Source of the DNA: Vitrella brassicaformis CCMP3155
Taxonomy: Eukaryota > Protista > Chromerida
DNA: 64,000 bases
Assembly: GCA_001179505.1 (NCBI GenBank)
Contig: CDMY01000473.1
Coordinates: 5,680 to 69,679, forward strand
Direction: 5' to 3'
Notes under the pieces: generated by a model
The model's database searches: none
What the model was told of the DNA's origin: nothing
What the model saw: the letters and a program-made list of their open reading frames with translations, nothing else
Made by a program: the position numbers and the translations under genes
Shown: positions 52,201 through 63,627 of the stretch, in pieces
Position numbering within the stretch: position 1 is the stretch's first letter
Layout of the letters: the number at the start of each line of letters is the position of its first letter

Positions 52201-54042
52201 AGCGGTTGGGGTGGGAGGGGGTCAAGAGCCACTCGTCGGCGAGGAAGACTGTCGCTGATTTCTACGAGGCCTTGGTGGGGGCGACTTACCTGGACTGCTT
52301 CTCGCTTGAGGTGAGGGTGAGGGTGAGGGCACGACACACAGGCAGTGGATCGATCTGCTTGTGTGTGGGGCGTGCGTGATTGGGGCGATGTGCAGGAGGT
52401 GTGGCGTGTGATTCAGAAGGACTTGACTGTCGAGAGTTTGCCGATTGAGGACCCACCTGAAGAAGGGGAAGACGCCAAGGAGGTGGGCACACCGCCCCTG
52501 TAGACACACACACAGAGGCCTCGTGAATGTTTGTCTGTCTGTCTGTCTGTCGTTCTGTCAGCCGTCTGCACCGGTCGCCAAGAAAGCCCCCACGCCATCA
52601 GCCATAAGCAGCAACACAAACACAGCAGCACGGCCAACGGTGAGTCTGAGTGACCCGCGCAGCACACACGCCAGCCGACAGCCGACAAGCGATGCGTGTG
52701 CCTCCCTCCCCTGCTGTCAGGCCACTGCCAATGTGACGACAGCAGCAGCCATAGCATCATCACCCACTGCAGCAGCAGAAGGAGGGGCAGCAGCTGCTCC
52801 AGCCCCCGGCCTCTCTGCCGGTGCTGGCCCCTTCCTGCCCGCCTACGCCTTCCACACCGGTACACACAAGACACAAGACATGTTGCCATCATGCAATGCA
52901 TTCATCGTGTGGGTATGTCTGCCTGCAGATCTACCCGAGGGCGCCTTCTCCTACGCCTCGCCGTCTCTGCTGTTCCGCCCGCACAGAGGCCCCCAGATGC
53001 TGCTCGGCTACCGTCAGGAGGTGGTGGTGGTGCGCTCAGAAAACAAGGGTGACCAGCCCTTCGCTCCCTACTTCCGCGTGTGGGACTATGACCACTACAA
53101 GAAGGTGACGACACACAGATGGATGAAGCGATGCACACACACACACGCACACACACACACATGTGACACGTCTATGTGTGTGGGTGTCGTCGGTGGGTGA
53201 TAGGACAACCTTGACGACCCCAACGCGTACCTTGGCACCTGGCGGCTGCTGCTCAACCTGACGGACCTGGAGAAGGCGCCACTGCTGCCCACGGACACAC
53301 TCCGAGAGAGGCGCAAGAAACTCGCCGCCGCGTCGTAAGCATGACCCCACCGACCAAACACACCTACACCCACCCTGCAGCTTCATCCGAATGTGTGTGT
53401 GGTGCCTGCAGGTATTACGTCCTCACCGGGTCTCGGTCGGTCCCCCACCCCTGTGTGGACCTCGCCAACCTCAACACAGAGGGCCCCTCCGTGGGGCCAT
53501 ACATTCCCTTTCACCTCTGGGACGCCTCAGGCGAGACAGCCGACGAGTACTACGCCTCGTATCTGGCCTCGCCGATGCCCCACCTCCCCTGCCCAATCGA
53601 CAGGGACCCCACACTGCTGTCGCGCTATGTCAACGACCCCATTTTCGCCAAGCAGGCTGACGGGCGGGGCATCGACGAGAAGGCCGCTGAGCAGCGCGTC
53701 TTTGCCTGCCCTGAGAAGATGGTCTCCCTCAAGCGTCAGGTGGTGCGTGGCGGGGGTGCTGGTGGTGGTGGTGGTGGTGGGTCGGCAGCCGAGCAGCAGC
53801 AGCTGTCGATGGTCAATAGTGCGGATCTCGCCATAGTGTCACGGCGTCACGTGTACCCCTTCACCGAGTCGTTCCCCGCCGCGCCGTTCGATGTCGTGTG
53901 CTCGCCGCCGGGCAGCCCGCGAGAGGGTGGCGATGTGGGGCGTTTTCAGCTCCACGAGGGAGGCGGTGTGTGTGTGGATGGGTTCTGGTGGATGGACCGC
54001 AGGGGCATGTGTGGCATCAAGGGGGGAGAGGAGGACGACTGA
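46249..54042 (+). CDS. DCL: Dicer-like protein (platform/PAZ-like region, connector helix, RNase IIIa + RNase IIIb), no recognisable helicase
   Basis: RIIIa: LLQEALT...YQRLEWFGDIVLK...KTTADVMESVLGAVY. RIIIb: WTFRRKGLLHRA...NETLEFLGDAVMEL...LTAVKQALVNNDTL...KTVADFYEALVGATYLD. Platform-like ELTMDQMKALH and FVAPL...IDWELV; connector-like MPISPQ...WVAGILFHME. More than 20 exons and one N gap. Confidence 0.88.
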
Positions 54043-54161
54043 CGTGTGACGATTGATTGATGAGTGGCGACTGATGGGTGAGTGGGGCATGTTTCTGGTG
54101 ATTGATTGTTTCTGCTCGTTCGTGTGTTCGGGTCTTCGTGTGTTCGTTCGTGTGTATACCT

Positions 54162-55730
54162 CAATATATACGTCGGTTTTCCGATTTCAGATTTAAGGCG
54201 AGATGGAGGGCTCTTTGCCGCCTCGCCTTTGTCCCGTTTTTCTCTCTTCTTCCTTATGTACATACACACACTATTTGTCTCCTGGATGATGGGTGGGTGG
54301 ATGGATGGATACATTGAAGGGTGGATGCATTCGCTTCTCGGCTCCCTGAAATGCCTGACGTGTGGCGGTCTGATTGGCAGAATACCCTGCTATTTGGGTA
54401 CCCTGCCATTCAGACAACAAAAGTACAGGTATGTCAGACGAGAGCGAGAAGCGAGGCATCATGGCTGGCAGGGCGGGTGTGTGTGGGTGGGTGGGTGGGT
54501 GAGTGGATTGGATCATGCTTGGACGAAGGGCATTCTTGTGCCACCTCTCTTTCTGTCTGTAAACATATCACGGTGAGACCTTGATTGGTGTGACAGCGCG
54601 TGTGCGCGTGTTGTGCAGTGTAAGATTGTGCTTCTGTCGATGGGAAGGCGGCTGTCCTGGTCGGTGAGACGCCCAGAACAGCGACCTTCCCGACGGCGGT
54701 GCGCGGACCTACACGCACCAACACATGCACACGCTATTTGTCTCCCGGACGATCCATACTATACATACGACGACTGTTTTGTGTTGCGGATTGCAATCAT
54801 CGGATCTTGTCTGACAAACCTGACATCCGGCGGTCTGATTGACAAGGTATCCTTGCTGATGGATGCATTTGCTTCTCTGACGATTGATGGGTGGGTGGAT
54901 ATGGGAGGGTGGGTGGTCTCGGGGCATGCACGGGGCACGCTTTTGGTGGTTGGCTTTGTGTCGCGTGTGTTTACATGATATGTATACATATATACATACA
55001 CACACCCTTACATATATACATACACACATACATATACATATCTCATATATATACATACATGCTAGTGCAGGCGATTGATTCTATACATATACCTCGGTTT
55101 TCCGATTTCCGATTTCAGGCGTGGTGGGACGGGACGGCCTCTCCCACCTCGCGTCGCCTGCCTTTTGTCCCCTTTCTCCTCCTTCCTATATGCGTTTCGT
55201 GTACATACATACGTTATTTGTCTCTCTCAACTGCGGCACGCGCGCACACATGGATGGATGGATGGATGGTAAGGAAAGGGAGAAAGATCGATTTGCCTTA
55301 CAGCTTGGCACTGAAAATCATTCGCTTCTCGGATTCTGCCTGAAAGGCCTGACGTCTGGCGGCCTGATTGGCAAGGTATCCTCTTATTCGGATGCGATGC
55401 CAGTTTCGTCGTTGTATATCAGGCCCGTCAGTCAAATGGGAGTGCGAAGCAAAGCATCATGGCTGGCAGGGCGTGTGTGGGTGGCTTTGATTCCTCGGAC
55501 AAGGGACGTGCGACAGATGATATATCTTGTGCCCTCTCTCTCTCTCTCTCTCTCTCCCTGTCTGTAAACATATCACGGTGAGACCTTGATTGATGTGAGA
55601 GTGTGTGTGCGCGTGTTGTGCGGTGTAAGATTGTCCCGGCGACGGAAAGGCGGCTGTCCTGGTCGGTGAGACGCCCAGAACAGCCACCTTCCCGACGGCG
55701 GTGCGCAGACCTACACGCACCGACACATGC
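54162..55730. repeat. Degenerate tandem repeat (about 2.5 units of ~600 bp), unknown function
   Basis: Shared blocks recur: cggtttccgatttc (54175, 55095), ggcggtctgattg (54363, 54829, 55358), atcatggctggcagggcg (54458, 55455), and tgtaaacatatcacggtgagaccttgattg...gtcggtgagacgcccagaacag...cctacacgcacc (54558-54720, 55563-55721). Confidence 0.8.
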
Positions 55731-55905
55731 ACAATGAGGGTTCGGTCACTGACAAGGCTTTGGCCAATGGACAATATGTCTGATTGATTCGTCGAAAAAA
55801 CGGTTAACGTCAGTGACATGTTTGTATGTACACATTTCGCAATCACATAGATAAACAGAACAAACCCGGCGGCACCACACACAGTCCCTCCTGTGCTATG
55901 CTATG

Positions 55906-58302
55906 CTATGCTGCCTGCATGAGCTTGCCCTTCTTGTCGAAGGCGTTCTTCTGGTACACCAGCACCAACGAGTCCCTCCCCCTCCCTCCGAGTCCCCCAT
56001 CATTGCCCTCCTCACCCCCACCCCCTCCCCCTCCCCCGCCTCTCTTCTTGCCAGCCTGCCACCACTCAGAGGGCAGCGGGTCAGCAAACCGCACCTTGAA
56101 CTTGCCCGAAGTCCCGAACGCGCCCTCGATGACGCCCACGTGCTTGGACGGCTCGTGCGTCACCCGCAGGCCCACAAACTGGCTGATGTCGGTCTCCTTC
56201 TTGAACAGGTCCTTGCCGATGACGCAGTAGCCGTCCTCTGTGACTCTGTCGACGTGGCCCGTCTTGACTTTGGGCTTCAGCACACGGAGGGAGGACATGG
56301 GGACATCGGTGTCGCTGATGGGCGTGAGAAGGCGGCCGAAGAATGCCAGGCGGCAAGAGGGCGAGTGGGCGTCCAGATCGAACTTGGAGCCCATCAGCAG
56401 ACTGCCCAATGGACACTGCACCCACCACACAACACGCAACACACACACAGGGCAGAACGGCATGTGTGTGGATCATCCACCGCCCCATCGACGGCCCACC
56501 TGCACGGGCTTCTCGAAGTGCAACAGGCAGAAGAACAGCTCAAACTCGGCTGCATCGACCACCGCCCCCCCATCTCCACCGCTCTCCCCCCCCACGCCCC
56601 CAGGCGGCCTCTCTGCGGGCAGTTCGTCAAGGTGGTCATACAAGAGCGACACGTCCAGTGTGTCGGGCCACGCCGCGGCTTTCTCCCGCACCAGCAGCCC
56701 CACACCAAGCGCAGAAGGGTTCGACACTGACGCGGGCGAGAGGCCATCATGGCAAGGGGAGGAGGAGGGAGAGGGGGGGTGGCCATTGGCGGCTGATGGT
56801 GTGTTTGCTGTTGGTGTGGTGGGTTTGTTCTTCCTTTTGAGTCCGAAGAAGTGGACGTTGGCCATGACGGTGGTGTGGCCGATGGTGCAGTGGAACTTGG
56901 CCTTGCTGCGCACCTGACACATGAACACACAACAGAGACGCATTCATCACATCAAGCTGTATATGTGTGAGCGAGTGGCGCGTGCCGTACCTGTCCTTTG
57001 AAGTATTTGATTCGCTGCACGACGGCCACACACGAGGTCAGGGTGGGCAGGGGCGCGCCCACAGACGTCACCATCCCACGCTCCTGACACACGAAGACAC
57101 ACACGGCCATATACACAACATCGACTCCACAGCGCGCCGAACAATCGACATATATCCGGCGACTGACCAGCTTCTCGCCTCCGATGGCCGGGACGCAGAT
57201 GGACACACGGTCGCCGTGCGACGCACAAGGGAGGTCCTGCTTGAAACTCTATACACACGCACACACATCACCACGATCACCCACCCCACCCCACCCATGA
57301 AGTATACTCCTCCTTGCCACATCTTGTCACACCTGAATGGTCCTGACGCGTGTCTGCACTGCGTGTGGGTAAATGACGATATTCTGGCCGACCTCCAGCC
57401 GCCCCGACAGCAGTGTCCCCGTCAGCACGGTGCCCTTGCCCTTCAGAGGGAAGGAGTGGTCGTACACCATGTGCATCGGAGCCGATGACGAGGCGGCATC
57501 GCTCGCACTCGGCCGCCTAGGGGGGTGTCGCCTGACGGTGTCGACCATGGTGTTGATCAGCGATGCGATGCCGATGGGCTCGGCGAGTCGAGTGACGTCC
57601 TGCTCCGCACCTGACATCCATCCATCCATCCACACACATGGCGGGCAGACAGACACACGTGTGTCTGATTGAGAGTGTGAGAGAGAGTGTCTACCTGGGT
57701 TGGCAGATACGGGGAGTATGGGGACATCGCTGCCGAACAGAGTGCGGCCGAACACCTGCTTTCGAAGCCCTGTCGTCAGCTTCTCCAGCTGGCATACACA
57801 CACACACACACATCGAGAGATGGCAGCCCGGCCCTGGTGTGTGCCCACCTGGCTGTCATACCTTCTTATGCCTCTGCTCCTCTGGAATGAGGTCGACTTT
57901 GTTGAGCACGACCACCACGTGCTGCGCCAAGATCTCGGCAATTACCAGGCACTCCTGCGTCTGTGTCTGCACCCCCTTGGTCGCGTCAATCACCAGCAGC
58001 ACCAAGTCGATGATGTGCGCCCCCCCAATAATGGTCTTGATCAGCGAGGCGTGCCCCGGACAGTCCACCAAGCAGAACTGCAGCTCCCTCTCCCTCTCGT
58101 CAGCAGCCTCATCGGCACCCACAGTGGTCTTGACAAAGAAGGCAGAGAAGCCGAGGTCGATGGTGATGCCTCGTTCCTGCGACTGGGGGTGTTTGTCGAG
58201 GGCTGCCGTGGACGTCACGCGGCTGAGCGCCCGCACGAGGCTGGTCTTGCCGCTGTCGACGTGACCCAGCACACCCACGTTGACATTCAGCCGACGAGCC
58301 AT
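55906..58302 (-). CDS. EEFSEC: Selenocysteine-specific translation elongation factor (eEFSec/SelB)
   Basis: NVNVGVLGHVDSGKTSLVRALS...AALDKHPQSQERGITIDLGFSAF, LVDCPGHASLIKTIIGGAHIIDL, NKVD, DHSFPLKGKGTVLTGT, KAKFHCTIGHTTVMA, CRLAFFG, GVIEGAFGTSGKFKVRF and the C-terminal LVYQKNAFDKKGKLMQ. Confidence 0.95.
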
Positions 58303-58787
58303 CGGGACGGAACCGTGCAGATCTGTCGACACACACACAAATGCATATGCCTATCGATGACCGTCGGCGTCAGGGTGTCCGTGCGCCCCTCACACTCACT
58401 TGTGGAAGATCTGACCTCGGTGTCGGGCGGCTGCTTGTCAGATGACAACCTGCAGATCAGATGGATAAACAGGAGGATACATCAAGTGCATGTGGAGTCT
58501 GTTGCACATCCGTGCCATCATCATACATACACACTCACGGCAGATCTGCGCTGCACTTTGCCGAACTCTACGTTGATCAAGGCCGTTGCCGCCTCCCTGC
58601 AATCTGGCAGATGAGATCCGCCACCCCTCTCAAGACAGCAGACTGCGAGCTCAAGCCAAAGTCAGGTCGCAATCGGCGCGAGTCAAGGAGCAAAGAGAAT
58701 GTAGCATGGCGACGACAGAGGCGTGCAGGGTCCGTTGACGCCACAAAACAGCACTCCGATCCATAGCTTTCGCGACTTGGCTGCACG

Positions 58788-60790
58788 ATGGCTGCCAGTG
58801 CCGCCGCCCAGGTGACAGAGAGGGAGCTGCAGGCCAGGCAAATCCCTACATCATGACGTGAATCACTTGTGCTGTCTGTGTGTGGCTTGTCGTTCGGTTT
58901 GGTGCAGATGAGCGCGGTGATACAGGCGCAGCTGATGCCCCAGGTAGAGGGCTATCGGCTGAAGCAGGCTCAGGTATCAGCTAACCAACACACATACCAA
59001 CTCGTCCATTCCATGCGGTGCATCCAAAGCTCATCGGCTGCCTTGTGTGTGTGTGGTGTGCAGGTCAACAGCTGCATTGATCAACTTCTGCAGATGGACA
59101 CCGCAGCTTCGATGGCACCACTGGTGGGGCAGGCTGCCAAACACACCACACACCACAAGGCCCTCTGTGTGTCTGTGGAGTCTACTTTGCTTGGCGTCGC
59201 TCTCGTCGTGTTGATTCATTCGTCAGATGGTGGCCAAGGTGAGTCGTCAATTTGCTGCTGTGTCGAACCTGCTGGCCGAGTTGGCAGAGACCATCAACTC
59301 GACCATCGCACTCACAAGACATCGCCGCACACAGGTGAGTGGGGGAGTGACCACAGGCAGGCACAAACACAAGACCCACACTGATGTGGTGTGCACCTCT
59401 TATGTGCTGTGTGTGTATGTCCTTCTTTATGTGTGTCATCAGGCGCGACGATTGCACCTGACTGACATTCCCGCCAACCCCATGAGCGTCGTCATGGAAC
59501 TGTCTGACCTCACCGCCATCGCCCACCTCAAGTCGACAGCCCGACCCATCAGAAATACCCTCCGGCCGATCGTCCGCCGCCTTCGGCTGCCGAAGGCCAT
59601 CGAGCGGGCGGGGGTAAGCGGTGTGGTGCAGTTCGACGATCAGCTGAGCCACGGCGATGTGATGAAGGGCATGTGGGTGGTAGAGGAGGGGGGCGAGGGC
59701 GGCTGGGGGGAGGTGGCCGACACAGTGAGAATGTCGGAGCACTGCGGCTATTGCCAGCTGCCGGTCACTGTGGGTGCTGGAGACCTGCAGACACACGCCA
59801 CCAAGGCGGTAAGCACGATACACAGAAGAGGCAATCGGTGAGCTGCTGGATGTGTGTGTTGGCTGCAGGACTTCTTGGCGCTGCCCCATTTCTGTGCCCA
59901 GTGGATGCTCGTCGGCCGCCGTGTGGCCTTCCGCCGCGCCAACGGCCAGCAAGACGGCACACTCGAGCTGTTCCGCCACAACAACAACGAGCTCCGGATC
60001 ATCCGCAATCAGCCCAACTTCACCATCACCATCAACCCACCCCTGCCCCTCCTCAGCCGCCCCATCCATCCCTTCTCGCAGCACCCCTTGACCCACCACG
60101 CCAAGCCACACGACCCGCCCGCCAGCAGCCGCATTGTGTGGCAGAACGGTGTTGGCTGGGCGACGGTTGGTGTCAACGACGGGCATGCTTTCGCATCGGC
60201 GAGTTCCATGCTGAAGGACTTGATGCTGGGTCACCGGCTGTTGGTTGTGGGCGGCTGTTGGTTGTGGGCGGCTTCACCTACTCGCCGACAGTGGTGGTGG
60301 ACCGGTGAGTGGATGGACGGCACACAATGAGAGGGCGAATGGCTATGTGGTGCGCTATTGATGTGTGTGTCAGGCGTGTGCGGGGTGGCCACCTCGACCG
60401 CATCGTGACCCAGTCGCCGCACACGCCCCTCGACGGATGCTCGGACGTGTTCACACGGGAGTGGGCCAATGGACTTTGTGCGCAGATGCATGTGCTGACG
60501 ACGTCTGCCGACCCATTCATCGCAGGGATTGACTTTGTTATCCAGCCAGGCAACAACCAGGACGGTACGCACACACATTCACAGCACATCCTCATGCTGT
60601 CGTGTCGTCTGATCGTCCGCTCCTCTCTTGTCTGCATGCAGTGCGCGTCACAGTCAGTACCACCGAGGTGCTAGCAGCAGGTGTGGCCACTGATGCGCCC
60701 TTCGCCCAGCGGTTCCCCCGGACGGCCGCCAAGGTGCGTCGCGTCCTCGGGTCGATAGCAGCTGTCGTCCTCGATGGCCAGGCACCGTAG
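58788..60790 (+). pseudogene. Repeat-family copy 2; 17-bp tandem duplication frameshifts exon 6
   Basis: ctgttggttgtgggcgg occurs twice (60238-60271) where copy 3 has it once, so the frame shifts from HRLLVVGGFTYSP to ...GGCWLWAASP. Confidence 0.75.
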
Positions 60791-61279
60791 CTACAAAGTG
60801 AGAGCCCCGCAGATGATGCAGACATGCATCTGATGTGAATGCACAAGACGCCTGCGTGTTGGTCTCTGTCATGCAGGATGGTCGTTTGGCTCGAAGGATG
60901 ACCGGCTTGACTGGGCGGCTGACTGGCTGGCTGGCTATTAGTGGGATAGTGTGTATGCAAGTTGGCTGCATGTGGTGCGTCCGGCCGAATGGGATGGGCT
61001 CATATCCGTGGAGTGGACGCGTGTCTGTGCAGACAGACAGACGGGTGCATGCGCGTGAAATCCATCCGTGACAGAGATGGAAGGCACAGGGATGCGCGAG
61101 CCATTCACAGCTGAATCCGCATGCACTACAGTCAGCAAAATACGCACACGACACTGCCAGCACGCTGGCCCTCTCTTCAACACGTGCAGCCTGCCGATGT
61201 GCCTGCGCCATCAATATACGGACAAACATCAACACACATGCGCATCATCATGCCATCGTGTGGCTCTCACCTTCATGGT

Positions 61280-63299
61280 CTAAGGCGCCTGGCCATCAAG
61301 CACGATGGCTGCGGTCGGCCCGAGGACGCGACGGGCTTTGGCGGCCGTCCGGGGGAACCGCTGGGCGAAGCGGGCGTCATGGGGGACACCTACTGCTGGC
61401 GCCTCGGTGGTACTGACTGTGACGTGGACTGCATGTAGACAAGAGCAGAGCAGATGATCAGACGACACGACAGCATGATGATGTGCTGTGAATGTGCTGT
61501 CAATGTGAATGCGTACCGTCCTGGTTGTTGCCTAGGGGGATGACAAAGAAAATCCATGCGATGAATGGGTCGTTGAATGAAGTCAGCAAATGCTGCTGCC
61601 CACACCACCCACTGGCCACCTCGAATGCCACCACGTCCGAGCATCCGTTGAGGGGCGTGTGCGGCGATTGGGTCATGATGCGCTCGAGGTGGCCACCCCG
61701 CACACGCCTGACACACACATCAATAGCGCACCACACAGCCAATTTGCCCTCTCATTGTGTGCCGTCCATCCACTCACCGGTCCACCACCACTGTCGGCGA
61801 GTAGGTGAAGCCGCCCACAACCAACAGCCGGTGACCCAGCATCAAGTCCTTTAGCATGGAACTCGCCGATGCGAAAGCATGCCCGTCGTTGACACCAACA
61901 GTCGCCCAGCCAACACCGTTCTGCCACACAATGCGGCTGCTGGCGGGCGGGTCGTGTGGCTTGGCGTGGTGGGTGAAGGGGTGCTGCGAGAAGGGATGGA
62001 CGGGGCGGCTGAGGAGGGGCAGGGGTGGGTTGATGGTGATGGCGAAGTTGGGCTCGTTGCGGATGGCGCGTAGCTCGTTGTTGTTATGGCGGAGCAGCTG
62101 GAGTGTGCCGTCTTGCTAGCCAGTGGGGCGGCGGAAGGCCACACGGCGGCCGACGAGCATCCACTACGCACAGAAACGGGGCAGCGCCAAGAAATCCTGC
62201 AGTCAACACACACATCCAGCAGCTCACCTATTGCCTCTTCTGTGTGTCGTGTTTACCGCCTTGGTGGCGTGTGTGTGCAGGTCTCCAGCACCCACAGTGA
62301 CCGGCAGCTGGCAATTGCCGCAATGCTCGGCGACTCTGAGTGTGTCCGCCACCTCCCCCCAGCCGCCCTCATCCCCCTCCTCCACCATCCACATGCCCTT
62401 CATCACATCGCCGTGGCTCAGCTGATCGTCGAACTGCACCACACCGCCCACCCCCGCCCGCTCGATGGCCTTCGGCAGTCGAAGCCGGCGGACGATCGGC
62501 CGCACGGCGTTGGTGAAGTGGCGGGCTGTCGATTTGAATCGGCCGATGGTGTTCACGTCAGAGGCTGCGACGATGATGCTTATGGGCTCAGCGGGAAGGT
62601 CCGAGAGGTCCGTCGGTGTGGCCTGATGCCACACAGCAATGCCATGCACACGCAATACATGTGGCGTCTCGTTGTGCGTGTCTTGCTTGTGCCTGCCTGC
62701 AGTCACACACCTGCACGTGGCCATCGGTATGGTTGTTATGTGTGGCAGAATTGTTCGGCTCATCACCTGACAACGACACAGACACACACAAGGGCGTGGT
62801 TGCGTGTTGGTGTCCCATTCTCCCTTACGAATGTGTGTGTCGGCTCACCCTCCTGTGCTGTCTGTGCGATTACGGTCTCTATTATGTGCGCCAGCTCTGC
62901 CAGATGGTCGGCCGCAGCAGTGAGTTGACGATTCACCGTGGCCACCACCTGACGAATGAATGAACAGAACAAGAGCAACACCAACCGAAGCATGACACGC
63001 ACAGAAGCCATTGTGTGGTTCTGTGTGCTGCCTGGCACCCTGCACGCACCTGTGTTGGCAGCTGAGTAGAGTCCATCTGTGAGAGCCGTGTGATCTGTGT
63101 GTTTGCCTGCACAACATATATGCCACCACAAGCAGCACCAGAGGCAAGCAACCGACCGATGTGGATGGACTGCAGTAACGAATGTGTGAGTGAAGTGTCG
63201 GTTAGCTACCTGAGCCTGATTCATCTGAAGGCATCCTACGATCAAAGGCGTGAACTCAGGCTGCGGCAAAAGTTGCTCACGCAGACGCATCGCAATCAT
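61280..63299 (-). pseudogene. Repeat-family copy 3; two in-frame TAG stops, exon 1 not found
   Basis: Exon 6 reads DFLALPRFCA*W (62164-62166) and RRPTG*QD (62116-62118), where copies 1 and 2 have CAG. Homology ends near 63360. Confidence 0.8.
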
Positions 63300-63605
63300 C
63301 TGCACCACACCGACCGCAGGACAACACAGACAGCGCAGCACATGATTCCCGTCACACTTTGTGTCAGAATAGGGGGGAGAGAGTCGGGGAGAATGGTGAA
63401 GAGAGGATCTGCCGGGCGGTCAGTCCCGGATAAAGGATTAAGTCAATGCAACGTAAGGTCTGTGGATTTTGTGGAGAGTCCACGTAGGACATGTAGTATG
63501 CGTCAGTCCATCCTGTCTGACGTCCTGTCCGCCATGGCCTGTCTCATGGAACGGACAGACTCAACAGCCGTCCTGTCTCACAGATCAGTGGATCGTCGGT
63601 CTATG

Positions 63606-63627
63606 AACCCTAGACCCTAAACCCTGG
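63606..63627 (+). repeat. Three degenerate telomere-like (CCCTAAA-type) units / telo-box
   Basis: aaccctagaccctaaaccctgg. Confidence 0.35.

Noticed and set aside
55700-55905. Possible SECIS element downstream of eEFSec
   Set aside because: eEFSec has no in-frame UGA, and no SECIS core could be identified by eye.
58390-58620. Extra upstream exons extending the eEFSec N-terminus
   Set aside because: The joined frame hits a stop with no ATG, so these are more likely 5'-UTR exons.
62116-62166. In-frame TAGs as evidence of a TAG=Gln genetic code
   Set aside because: TAG terminates other genes in the window (e.g. at 20263, 39503, 43671 and 60790), so these are nonsense mutations.
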